Below, piece after piece: positions 50,901-59,708 of a stretch of 64,000 nt of DNA. The position numbers and the translations under genes are program-made. The notes under the pieces were generated by a model that saw only the letters and a list, made by a program, of their open reading frames with translations, made no database searches and had not been told where the DNA came from. Origin of the DNA: a virus; IMG/VR virus record IMGVR_UViG_3300008339_000021, positions 1 to 64,000 of that record. One strand, given 5' to 3'. Within the stretch, counting starts at the first letter, position 1. Every line of letters begins with the position of its first letter.

Positions 50901-52530
50901 GATCTTTACCAGCAGGAACCTCAAATTGATATTGATAGTATTGACCACCCCAACCATCTTCATCACCTCCAACATACATTTTATTAGGTCTCCATTCATC
51001 TGTTTCACTAATTTGAACAGCTACTTTACCTTTTTTCCAATCTTCTTCATCTTGTTCTATTGTTGGAAAATATTTTTTCTTATATGCTTGTGGTTCTAAG
51101 TTTTGGTAATCTTTTAAATTATTTATTAATGCTTTATCTAAGTCTGTTGGTTCTACTACTAGATTTTTATATGTATCATCAGCAGCAAGTTTTACAAGTT
51201 CATTTGATTTTGGTTTCCACCCCCATTTACCTGAACGTAGTGCTTGAAGTATTTGTGCACCCCATTCTTGTCTACCAGTAGCATTAGGAGAAACAATATC
51301 TATATTAGCACCATGACTATCAATAAATTCTCTATCTCTTGCTAGAGTAATAATATCATTATCTGTCCACCTATCTATTAGATCTGTTGTTTGATCTTTC
51401 TCATATGGTTTTTCATAATCATCACTATATGCTATATAAGCTTTTGCATAGTTTTCTATTTCTTTAAAATCTTTTCCATATGATTTATAAAGATCTTCTT
51501 TTGTTCCTAGTTTTTTTACATTAGCTAAATAACTTACTGCATTATCTAAACTATATCCTTTCTTCTCCATTAAATCAAGGACAGCTTTCTTAGTTTGATA
51601 TTCATGGTATTCATCTGCTTGACCCATGAAATCTCCAAAGTAATTTTCTATAGTTTCTTTAGTACCTACACCAAGTTTATTTATTATATCATCTGTTCTA
51701 AGACCACTATCCCATATTCTTGTATAAATTTCATTTGATGGAAATAATTCTACATTTCCAGTAGTTTCATTTTTATTTATAAAGTAACCTTGAGCCTTAA
51801 GTTGATTTTCATATTCAGGATCTGTACTTAATCTTGATTCATATTCAGTTAATGGAATTGTTTCAAGTGGATCTAGTTTGTCAAACTTATTTTTCTTTTT
51901 AAAGTCTGCTTCTCTTTGAGCTAATTTTTCTTGCCATAATCTTTCTTCTTCTTCTTCTCTCTTTTTTTGTTCTTCAGCCAGTCTTAATTTTTCTTCTTCT
52001 TCTATTTGAAGTCCTACAGCTTCTCTTTCTGCTTCAAGTTTTGCTATTGCTTCTGGAGTAAGACACTGTCCCATATAAGGACTTGTACCTGGTTGACATA
52101 CTAATGGATTACCATTTATATCTACTGGTGCATATGGATTACTTTCTACAGAGGTTACTGTGTTACCTGAGATACCTTTATAGAAAGCCGGGGTTCCTAT
52201 GGGTGCTGTTACCATATTTCCTGTATACAAATCTGTTTTGTATCCATAAGGAAATACTGTTGGTAAAGTATTTATTATTTCTTCTTCAGTTTTTTGATCA
52301 GTTGGTAATGTATTTACTAGTTGTTCATTAGTTATTTGAACAGGTTGAATTAATGAAGGATCTACTGGTGTTGATCCTAACAAAGGATCAGTAGGAAAAA
52401 ATCCTTCTACTGGACTATTCCAATTTGATGTTACAACTGGTTGAGTTTCTTTATTTTTTTTTCTTCTTAAAAATTTAGGAGGCCAAGCTGTTTGTTCTTG
52501 TGGTATTCCTGTTATTTTATACTTTGCCAT
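44902..52530 (-). CDS. Giant polyvalent protein (2542 aa): three ADP-ribosyltransferase-like domains, HExxH metallopeptidase, Pol-beta nucleotidyltransferase and TM-like segments
   Basis: ART-like motifs: LYRSE...WWST...EKEF; FYHGG...GFYMS...EYVLLN; LYHVN...FYAT...DGVI...YVAFEPEQV. Peptidase: AHELGHY. NTase: VFGSS...GDIDV...LDF. Several Gly/Ala-rich hydrophobic helices. Confidence 0.75.
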   Translation of the reverse strand: MAKYKITGIPQEQTAWPPKFLRRKKNKETQPVVTSNWNSPVEGFFPTDPLLGSTPVDPSLIQPVQITNEQLVNTLPTDQKTEEEIINTLPTVFPYGYKTDLYTGNMVTAPIGTPAFYKGISGNTVTSVESNPYAPVDINGNPLVCQPGTSPYMGQCLTPEAIAKLEAEREAVGLQIEEEEKLRLAEEQKKREEEEERLWQEKLAQREADFKKKNKFDKLDPLETIPLTEYESRLSTDPEYENQLKAQGYFINKNETTGNVELFPSNEIYTRIWDSGLRTDDIINKLGVGTKETIENYFGDFMGQADEYHEYQTKKAVLDLMEKKGYSLDNAVSYLANVKKLGTKEDLYKSYGKDFKEIENYAKAYIAYSDDYEKPYEKDQTTDLIDRWTDNDIITLARDREFIDSHGANIDIVSPNATGRQEWGAQILQALRSGKWGWKPKSNELVKLAADDTYKNLVVEPTDLDKALINNLKDYQNLEPQAYKKKYFPTIEQDEEDWKKGKVAVQISETDEWRPNKMYVGGDEDGWGGQYYQYQFEVPAGKDPITGEQLTKFVTPDEMAGQTVYMTQEEADKYEKAMLADNMQDFQSSFLYNLPGTIAMGGLGLIGASRALAYAPIKSLPWLTGGNALNAYFAYEALKPQGHIQQAYEGFSEGDHAKGFENLLWGGLGVLPLIKPAANTFKAINELRKPGSLGVLPTSGNYSFLYNSPLQSGLVVGNPNIGNATEAFTNLTNPLNRFTKYANLGEFKIMRSNIGSLTNNSRYIGANINTLLNEGKTAAQVYENIPKTLDTEVSLYRSEIPGYLPSESKTANEYNNWDYGPVAEMSESEIAEAMQDPAAIRYVDENGVERIGSFFPQNTAGKWWSTQKVGERGAPHAVNTYVFDPVTGQYIDKANEMVYLETKVPFSKLEEYNVKNDPAALSFAGQPEKEFILPDEYKEVAKSYDPLNQNTITQNTDDIVFYHGGLDKNATVADIDPLRLAQRQNKKGRSYAGFYMSPDLEEGSWALKYARENPNGGLHEIRLPSNAKGYKYEGSMERIKQSVLKDLQKQGYDYIEGTNLFGQPEYVLLNTEKATIKEVSGTVEGLNTTRQPLNIDQALAEEQALTTADDQLGIAGVSGVTPEIESIYNSYPELSKIGTADEYAEYLRQTFPNSSAQDILYHVNRGDEVLAESGRPFYATQDKGWLYELEEMKGTRKPVLLNLENPTVLDQSYEFTDKAKEFRGSGLGSNLITPTEARLEGADGVIGRDMFQGEGGNTYVAFEPEQVLPLGTAKDAEMFKEWKASQSTGVSQESISTQAKQIVNKSDNEIAANVIDDMRNNKIELWQTEEGKRRLQLMIDNTPSLAGQTPETLIEGMSTMNNLNKVYGNQLNKRKSLEDQIDYFTIFYDEGKMSTQDYKNLVDPLEAELNSVNTAISETEKIFGDKAGFYGMKDNQLFVSGDKFAAGDLKKVTAHELGHYLGSFANKEANITYLDEQLKELQLVSGKSAGKQLEIPGMEVVSEESKAHSLFGTANPNYLEKTLEYFNTGSKGTEKVPFVAEIRQDMLDKGILKNEYDPITIDMLREHYKTYKNLKGEKYPLRLYDIMENNPKNFSILKNVINALPIIAGGVATTLSLANEEQTDGNVTQAGAPIMILAAFLSRNPKIKIPNQLRTLMSDYGKKGLKALNTVNKVNYFNNQIKALAKEHDELVKELGSVWPDDWAVDPSKKGLLAREEELGKLLNTKKRKFENYFEDKNRLIPKSRKMYERQQDINKYSKIKQDFVKTGEGLEQTQPSIYKGAVTTGEQVVTDFSTGEKIKAQVELPKVDVKYSIQDGELVVKDASTNEPVISQEYVNSLSNSKQKVETDIPGAKVFGSSVLVTEAGMPHITGDIDVLISESAYNKNVKDKFSFVQDYGPAKQHSVYPQYGQEGTLDFNIVHENPNGTVKPVWRKDVNTQEETSLEVELFRQFYPEQFQKASIESIKTGKPIEINMSTEEFMNGIDSKVKTVIDSYEATPLTKWGSYKSSKEKHIVRPDVLIEYGDPAVVAKGQEAYIKSIAGHKATLGHQFKVEDLSDPAKNMDALIAMGFKGDDVVRVANDPARMQLALNDYYINMTTFTREISPHNLPLTTDKVKTIENALTEWYPAAGGGSLNGMGLNTVRKGNPIHVYDTENAIIGHRQIGIKTDISNPEAYVKSINRATSGTYVYTPEEAKQVQEIFLKYLPQYKYQLDNIKESRDILNLIIADSDYTQGKLALDEMAETMGIRAIAKDADIATPTYGASRSQYASLFGNFDELVDSMLYSYKKYHTAPKSGFQRKEKLESLIANKASTSSQISTIDDFNKINSIIDNGIINANTRLSLIRNEYNALIAQQEALINKFTKGAQTEYNAVEKRIQELQTRASEIYNERQILEVKKNKFKSKLQNVGLAVGATGALVGIYYAGQIPTETEQQLIDRGIDYELFTDDKDLYPTARRYIYNNPKAQVWPSGERIIIKNGRVMPPVSLTVINDEIVFDPNYQMNQGTTNKKQFGGDSNFLEMELTDKEIEDYIRKGYTVIEE

Positions 52531-54158
52531 TATTTTACGATTTCAAATGTATAACCTAGTTTTTCTAATTCTAATTTAGTAGCTTCATCTACTTCATCTC
52601 CTATATCATATTCTCCTCCTGATTGCCATTTAGTTAGTCTTGGAATAGAAATATCTTCTACTACATAACCACCCTTTACATATTGATCAATTTCATTTTG
52701 AGTAAGTTCAGTTTCAATAGGTGTTGGATTGGTTCTAGCTTTTTCTTCTAGCTCTTTAATTTTTGCTCCATATTCCATCTCTGGAGAAAATCTAGATACA
52801 TAAGCAGTTCTTCCATTACCTGGTTTCATTCCAGACCACATACCTACATTAAAATCAAAGTCTGATGCCCTACCATTGCTATCTACATAGATAGGTTTTC
52901 CATCTTCTCTATAATGGGAAAATGTCATAGCATGGGAAGTACCCGGTCCCTTAATATTTATTATATCTCCAGTCTGTAGTAATCCTTTTTCTTGTGCATC
53001 AAAATCTGGGTCAGTTGTTTTAGTTACTCTTTCAAAAGGTACAGTACCTTTATTTACAGCATTAATAAATTTATCATTTGACTCAAATGCAGTTTTAGAA
53101 ACATCACTAAACTCAGGCTCACACATCCAACCTGATCCTGCAGCCCACATACAGTTTGCAGGATTAGGCATTCCCAATCTACTTTCTAAAGTTGGTACAC
53201 CTCTGTTTTTCCAAGCAGTTGCTGCACTCATGCCTTTACCTTCTTCTGGATAAACATCATATATAACATCCCATGCTGTATCTACAACTTCTTGTGGAAG
53301 GTATCTTCCTCTATCCAACATTTCTTGGATCTGATCTGTTTCTAAACAACGTCCTTCATCAACACATAATGTTTCAGTACCTGTTACTACATCTGATATC
53401 TCTGCTTCTTTTTTAACTGGAATCTCTGGAAATTCTTTTTGCTCAACAATACCTCTCAAATGATATGGTATAGGAACCATATAATTTGACATTGCATTAT
53501 TAGTTTTATCTGCAGGTGCAGCATCTGGATTTTGTTGTCTCCATATATAATAGTCCTGAAGCATATTCTGCATGTAATTATAATCTTCAGGCAACCATTG
53601 TGTAGGTTCTCCTATTTGAGTTTCTGCAGCTTTAATTTGCTGATCCCATTCTTCTGGGGATTCTGGAAAAACACCGGGAATATATGTAGGTACTATTTGA
53701 ACAGGTGATACATCTCCACCACCTTGAAAGTACATTGCTTGTGGATCATAGATCTTTTTCTTATAGTTCTTCTTTTTGAATAAAGGATTCTTTTTAAATA
53801 AAGAGTTCTTTTTACTTTTTGCAAATATTCTATTAGTGGCTAATAAACTTTTAGAATACTTTTTACTACCACCTTTCTTTGCTTCTTCTAATGGAACTTC
53901 AGTAACTACATTTGTATCAAACTGATGCATACCGGAATATGGAGAAAGAACTTTTCCATTTGCCATAATAGGCACTCCTGTATTAGACATATCAATTGTA
54001 CCATCCTCAGTATAGATATCCATTGACTGTTTGTTTCTAAATGGAGAATCATCTCTGTATCCCATTTTAGAATTATAATCAATGTCTCTTTTCTTAGCCG
54101 GCTTTTTTGCTTTGTCTAAGTTTTTTAAAGTTTCTAAAAGTAACTTCTTGTTATACAT
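52530..54158 (-). CDS. Virion protein with an NlpC/P60 (papain-like Cys-His) peptidase/amidase domain
   Basis: ANCMWAA (Cys), then LQTGDII...GTSHAMTF (His) and YVDSNG. The N-terminus has a GYRDDSP...VTEVPL module and a Lys-rich segment. Confidence 0.65.
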   Translation of the reverse strand: MYNKKLLLETLKNLDKAKKPAKKRDIDYNSKMGYRDDSPFRNKQSMDIYTEDGTIDMSNTGVPIMANGKVLSPYSGMHQFDTNVVTEVPLEEAKKGGSKKYSKSLLATNRIFAKSKKNSLFKKNPLFKKKNYKKKIYDPQAMYFQGGGDVSPVQIVPTYIPGVFPESPEEWDQQIKAAETQIGEPTQWLPEDYNYMQNMLQDYYIWRQQNPDAAPADKTNNAMSNYMVPIPYHLRGIVEQKEFPEIPVKKEAEISDVVTGTETLCVDEGRCLETDQIQEMLDRGRYLPQEVVDTAWDVIYDVYPEEGKGMSAATAWKNRGVPTLESRLGMPNPANCMWAAGSGWMCEPEFSDVSKTAFESNDKFINAVNKGTVPFERVTKTTDPDFDAQEKGLLQTGDIINIKGPGTSHAMTFSHYREDGKPIYVDSNGRASDFDFNVGMWSGMKPGNGRTAYVSRFSPEMEYGAKIKELEEKARTNPTPIETELTQNEIDQYVKGGYVVEDISIPRLTKWQSGGEYDIGDEVDEATKLELEKLGYTFEIVK

Positions 54159-57100
54159 TATCTTGGAGAATATTGTGTTTTTGTATTTACTATTTTTAAG
54201 ATCATGTTTGTATCCCTTGAGTTACTCTTAGATAGTTTTAGAAAATTAATATAATGCCTAAACTTTTTCCTTTGTAATTCAGGTTTAGCATAATCTAAAT
54301 TTAGTAAATTTAATACTTTATCATATCCATTAGGTGCAGTAACCCAAATGTTTCTATCTTCATAATTTCCTAAAAGTACAGTAGAATCTGGACTTGGAAA
54401 ATATGGTCCAGGTGCTGGAGGATATGATGACCCAATTGGAAATTCTCCTCTATCTTTAGTTATATCCCAAAATTGATTTATTCTATACTTGTTTTCTTCC
54501 TTAGAGTAAAGTATATCATAACTAGCTTGATTAGATCCAAGCTTTGGAAATTGAAGAGATAATGGTATATCATTCTTTGGATAAAGATTTAAATTCAAAT
54601 ATCCTGATACTTGTTCTGTATTATGTATTACAGCCTGATCAAAATTATAATCAAGAATATGGAACTGATCTATACATAAGTTTCTATCTCTTCTGTAGCA
54701 CTCTAAATAGTATTCAATACTTTTTATAGTATTAATCATCTGAGCAGTAACAACTGGTAATTCAATTTCAAATGGATATTGTACACCATAGAAATTACAA
54801 TAGTCATTACAATATGCACTGTGTTTCCATATACCATCTACCTTAGTTGTTAAGAATGTTCCTTTACTTGGTATATAGAAATTAGGATGCCAGTCATGAA
54901 AACTAATCCAAAATTGTAATTTAGGGTCATAACTTATTGTCCATGATGCATCAGTAAAGTATTGTGGATTTCCTAATTTAAATTTATTGTATCTAGTTGG
55001 TTTACCATCTGGACCAAATGTAACTGGTATCATAAAGTTATCATAGAAAGAATCATAGATAACTTGATTTTTATATTCATCTTTTAATCTAAAATCTCTT
55101 TTAGAAAAATATAATACACTATTGTCATTATCATAACTTGCCATGCAAGATATACCAGCAACTGGATTATCTGTGTGTGGATAATTAGGGAAATCCTCAA
55201 GTAGTTTGAATGGTAAGAATTCACTGAACCACCATTTCATTCCATCTTGTGATATCTCTGTTAAGCCTTCTCTGTAGGAAAATACTTTACCCTGATTTTG
55301 TGAAATATAATAAAGTCCGGCTGGAGTTGATACTACACCATATTTATTTTGAGATGATCCATATTCATATGGTTTTTCAGCTACTACTACATTTTGAGGA
55401 GCTTGTTCAAATAAACCTCCATCTCCAACAGTAACTTTAGTTCCACTATCATCCAATTGTATAGAATCAACACCTTGATAAATTAAAGGACTGTCATTTT
55501 CAAATGTGATAAATAAACCTGTCTTAGCAAAACTTTTTACTGAACTAAGTTTACTTTTAAAGTCTACTTTATTTAAAGGCAAAAATGTTCTCCATGCATC
55601 TATATTACTTGCATCTTGTTGTTGTAAAGAATAGGTTACTCTATTAGGATAAGTTACATAACATAACTCAGCAATATTTGGATCATATGAAACACCCTGA
55701 AGATATCCTGCTGTAAAATACTGATTAAATAAAAATCTAGATGCACTTAAACTAAAGTCATATGCATAGAAATTTCCTTTTGTAAGAATTTGTGGATTTG
55801 AATCAAACAAAGATGGAAGATCAGTATAGTTATATTTACTATATGGTCTTTCATAATCAAATGTTCCAACATCTCTAAAATCAACTAGTACTTCTGACTC
55901 AACAAAGAAATCTCTAATTCCATTTGCAGATGTATAAAAATAAGAATCTTTTACTCCAAATATGCCTGGATAAATTAACCATGAATTATTTGAAATACTA
56001 TAGTATACATTATCTAAATCATAATAACTTCTAGGCAATAATCCATCTCCATAATCAGGAGTACTCTGAAACATATCAAGAATATTTTGTAGATTAAAAT
56101 CACTAATATCCCATGGTTGACTATTAACTTGAAACTTTGGTTCAGGAATCATTTGATTTAAGAAATAATTCCATTCAATATTATCTGGAACATCATACAA
56201 CCATTCATAAAAGAAGTGCATGATGTTTTTTTCTGTAAACCTATTTATATAGGTATCTCCACCAAAAAATACTGGAGTATATAATTTTTTTTGTGTAAAG
56301 TTCTCAATACTACATGTATTACCAAAACTTGTAGAGCTTAATGTATTTGCTCCACTTGTAGCTTGAAAATTAATTTTTTGTTCACATGGTGTTGCTACTA
56401 CTTGTTGTATAGTATCAACTTGTCCATATTGATTTTCAATTCTGTATTTTAGACCAACATAGTGACTAGCAATATTATTTATAAAATTATTTGATTTACC
56501 AGTATCTCTCCAATTTATTTTATTTGGTGTAAAAGCACTTCCACCTGGAATACTAGCAAGGGGGTTAAATGTTCTAATTGCATAATTTAAAGTCATAAGA
56601 GATTGATCTATACTATCTCCATTTCCTTGTAATAAATAATGAGGACCCATACTAGTTCCTGTAGCATTTCCTCTTTTAGTTCTTACTACTGCTAACTTAG
56701 GTCTTTTAATATTATTGATTGTATATTTTTTAAGATTTCCAGAACTATCAATAAATTCAGGCATAGCTTGTAATTGATCATATACATATATACCTTCTTC
56801 CATTACAAATCTTTTATCAAAGGAGTCATTAGGTTTTACAAATCTCCAGTAATCTCCATGACTTACCATCTCTAATGCATATTGTCTTTTTCTTACAATA
56901 GCATAAATTGTTTCTGTTGCTAGTTGTGCACCTTCAACAAAATAAAATAATAACTGACCACCATTGCTTATACCACCTAAGAAGTTATTAATTGTAGGTC
57001 CAAGCATTTCATAACCAGTATATGTTTTATCATATGTTGGTGTTGTAATATATTTACCATCTTGAGCAACTTGCTCATATGTAGTTTTAAATAAATTTTC

Positions 57101-59707
57101 AAGTGAAGTACCACCAAAAAATGTTTCAGTAAAAGCACCACCTGATGACAAGTATGTATCTAATTCAGATTGGAAATTACCTGGTGCATTAAATAATGTA
57201 TTATAAGTATCATCATAATATGTTTGACCACCAACATTATTTAAGAATGTAGGATCACCTTGACCTTGTTGATCATAGTTATCTCCTGTAATACTTGTAT
57301 TAATATTACTTGGTGTAGTTGTGATTGAACCACCAGCTGTAGTCCATACACCATTGGGACCATTGATTGTGTTGGTTGCAGCACCACCATCAATTTTTAA
57401 TTTAGCTTCAAACTGTGGATCAAAGTTACCAGCAGGGTAATTAATTTTTAATTCTCCTAATCCTTTTAAGATAGCGTTTATAATACCAGTTGCTAAAGCA
57501 AATGGTATAATTTTATTTGATAAAAGTTTAAACTTAGGATGCTTGCTTGGCTCAATAAAATACTGCAATGCTTCACCTTGTACACTACCATATATTTTTA
57601 ATTCAGTAGCTGACAAATAAGGATTAATAAAACTTGTATCAGGTGAGTGGAATGAAACTATATCTGTCGGTATTGTTTGATTAACCTTATCATTTTCATT
57701 ATCTCTTACTGTAATATAAGGATCATTATATAAGTAATTATAATCATTTGGATTTGTAGTATTAAGAGCTGGAACAATACAGTTAAATGGATAGTTAGCA
57801 TATAAACCAGTAACACCAGCTTCAGTAGCACTTCCTCTTGGATTATAATCCCGGAAGTTATTGATCATCCCTTTAGCTAGAATGCTTTTATTACCATGTC
57901 TTGATCCTCTTAGTATTTCATATCCAACTATACCTGGTATATCATTACCATCATTATCTTTAGGGAATATAATATTCTTAAAGTCTACTCCCATCAGTCT
58001 AATAAAATATTCACCATTTGCTTTTTTTACAAAGTGATGAGTACTATTTCCTGTAGCATTATCAGGAAACCTATGATGTCTTATTGGTTTTCCACACAAA
58101 TCATAATTTGGATCTGTTGTTTGTGTCCAACATTGTGAACTTGAATTCCATACATTAGGTTGATAGTCTGGATAAACTTCAGTAGATTGCCAGTATCCCA
58201 TTTTACCTCGGGATATTACAGTGCCTCCATCAGGCAATACACTTGTTGTTGTTGAAGTTATAGTAGCTGTATTAACACTTTGGAAAAACATTGTGTCTCC
58301 AGGAAGAGTTACTCCAGTTTGATTTGCAAATGGTGCTAATTCAAAAATTGAATTTCCATTATATAAATAATTTTGTGGGGGTCTTCCCGGAATATGATAA
58401 GATGCTGACTTATCTCCTGTATTATATACCCAACGGATGAAAAAAGAATATACCTCATCTCTTAAATAAGATGTGTGTTTTCCCCCATCTATATAGTATC
58501 TTTCAGGATACTCAACACATACCCATTCTGTTTGAATTAGATTTGCTAATGGTTGATAATTAAAATCAAATTTAGAAGTTGGTCCTATTCTTAATAGATA
58601 ATTATTTACATCTGTCATTTGAGCAGATTTCTCAAATACAGGATTCTGTAAAATTAATTCTTCTACAGGAACCGTTACAGTGGTTTCAGGAATTTGATCA
58701 AGTACAATATTTGTTGTTCTTGTAGAATAGTATCCAATTCTTTTTGCACTTAAGTTTTGATCTATAAATCTTACAACTACTAGTTCAAATTCTTTAAAGT
58801 GCTCCGTATCTGCATCTACAGATATCTCAAAGGAACCCCTCTCATTTACTGAGTTAAATACAGGTTGTATATAACCAATAGAAAAATAATTTGTAACTCT
58901 TTGTCTATCTATTACATAAGCTGCTAATACTCCATATGATCCATTTTCTAATACTCCCTGTTGTTCAGATAACCTTAAATCAAAACAAGGTGTCTTAACT
59001 AAAGATGCTAGTCTTATTTCTTCACAGTTTAGTTCATTATATGGTTTACATATTACACAAGGTGTAGGTTCATTGGAATTTTCTGTTTGACATTTTTCTT
59101 TCCATGCTACACCAGGCCAAAGTAACTTATTTGCTGTACCGTTACCATAATAGTTTATTGTTGTAGAACCAGGAGCTCCTCCTAACCAAACATAATCATC
59201 TGGTGGCCAAGTTTTGGGATCTCCAATATTTAAGTATCTATCTGGATTTAAATTATCAGCCCAGTACACTTGCCATGTACAATCATCTTTTAATTTACTA
59301 GCTCCAGTAATTAAATGTAACTTACTAAAGTTTAAACAATGATCTTGTACAATAGGTCTATACTTACATAAGTCTGATTCAAATAAACCTATCTCAGAAT
59401 TATTTGCTTTTGTATCAAGTGCATCATAACCTACTGAATATATTACCCACTTATCACTAAATAAATGTATTGCACCAATTATATAAACAAAAGGTGAACC
59501 CATTGTTTGTCCAGCTCTAGCACATAAAGCATTTGATTCCTCATTAGATAAAGTGCCAAGATCCCCCTCTGCAGTATTATTCACAGCATTGCGGGCATGT
59601 GTCCACATTCCCTCCTGTACAAATAATGGATCTGCATCTCTGTTTAACCCTTTTATAAATGAGTTAGTCTGAAGGGATGATGTTTCTTGTTGAGCTTTCT
59701 TTGCCAT
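54158..59707 (-). CDS. Tail muzzle / stabilisation protein (P22 gp10-like, crAss type)
   Basis: 1849-aa beta-rich protein with N-terminal FIKGLNRD...NAVN...GTLSNE, YLRDEVYSFFIRW...SYHIPGR and WISFHDWHP motifs. It follows the ring-protein genes. Confidence 0.75.
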   Translation of the reverse strand: MAKKAQQETSSLQTNSFIKGLNRDADPLFVQEGMWTHARNAVNNTAEGDLGTLSNEESNALCARAGQTMGSPFVYIIGAIHLFSDKWVIYSVGYDALDTKANNSEIGLFESDLCKYRPIVQDHCLNFSKLHLITGASKLKDDCTWQVYWADNLNPDRYLNIGDPKTWPPDDYVWLGGAPGSTTINYYGNGTANKLLWPGVAWKEKCQTENSNEPTPCVICKPYNELNCEEIRLASLVKTPCFDLRLSEQQGVLENGSYGVLAAYVIDRQRVTNYFSIGYIQPVFNSVNERGSFEISVDADTEHFKEFELVVVRFIDQNLSAKRIGYYSTRTTNIVLDQIPETTVTVPVEELILQNPVFEKSAQMTDVNNYLLRIGPTSKFDFNYQPLANLIQTEWVCVEYPERYYIDGGKHTSYLRDEVYSFFIRWVYNTGDKSASYHIPGRPPQNYLYNGNSIFELAPFANQTGVTLPGDTMFFQSVNTATITSTTTSVLPDGGTVISRGKMGYWQSTEVYPDYQPNVWNSSSQCWTQTTDPNYDLCGKPIRHHRFPDNATGNSTHHFVKKANGEYFIRLMGVDFKNIIFPKDNDGNDIPGIVGYEILRGSRHGNKSILAKGMINNFRDYNPRGSATEAGVTGLYANYPFNCIVPALNTTNPNDYNYLYNDPYITVRDNENDKVNQTIPTDIVSFHSPDTSFINPYLSATELKIYGSVQGEALQYFIEPSKHPKFKLLSNKIIPFALATGIINAILKGLGELKINYPAGNFDPQFEAKLKIDGGAATNTINGPNGVWTTAGGSITTTPSNINTSITGDNYDQQGQGDPTFLNNVGGQTYYDDTYNTLFNAPGNFQSELDTYLSSGGAFTETFFGGTSLENLFKTTYEQVAQDGKYITTPTYDKTYTGYEMLGPTINNFLGGISNGGQLLFYFVEGAQLATETIYAIVRKRQYALEMVSHGDYWRFVKPNDSFDKRFVMEEGIYVYDQLQAMPEFIDSSGNLKKYTINNIKRPKLAVVRTKRGNATGTSMGPHYLLQGNGDSIDQSLMTLNYAIRTFNPLASIPGGSAFTPNKINWRDTGKSNNFINNIASHYVGLKYRIENQYGQVDTIQQVVATPCEQKINFQATSGANTLSSTSFGNTCSIENFTQKKLYTPVFFGGDTYINRFTEKNIMHFFYEWLYDVPDNIEWNYFLNQMIPEPKFQVNSQPWDISDFNLQNILDMFQSTPDYGDGLLPRSYYDLDNVYYSISNNSWLIYPGIFGVKDSYFYTSANGIRDFFVESEVLVDFRDVGTFDYERPYSKYNYTDLPSLFDSNPQILTKGNFYAYDFSLSASRFLFNQYFTAGYLQGVSYDPNIAELCYVTYPNRVTYSLQQQDASNIDAWRTFLPLNKVDFKSKLSSVKSFAKTGLFITFENDSPLIYQGVDSIQLDDSGTKVTVGDGGLFEQAPQNVVVAEKPYEYGSSQNKYGVVSTPAGLYYISQNQGKVFSYREGLTEISQDGMKWWFSEFLPFKLLEDFPNYPHTDNPVAGISCMASYDNDNSVLYFSKRDFRLKDEYKNQVIYDSFYDNFMIPVTFGPDGKPTRYNKFKLGNPQYFTDASWTISYDPKLQFWISFHDWHPNFYIPSKGTFLTTKVDGIWKHSAYCNDYCNFYGVQYPFEIELPVVTAQMINTIKSIEYYLECYRRDRNLCIDQFHILDYNFDQAVIHNTEQVSGYLNLNLYPKNDIPLSLQFPKLGSNQASYDILYSKEENKYRINQFWDITKDRGEFPIGSSYPPAPGPYFPSPDSTVLLGNYEDRNIWVTAPNGYDKVLNLLNLDYAKPELQRKKFRHYINFLKLSKSNSRDTNMILKIVNTKTQYSPR

Positions 59708-59708
59708 A

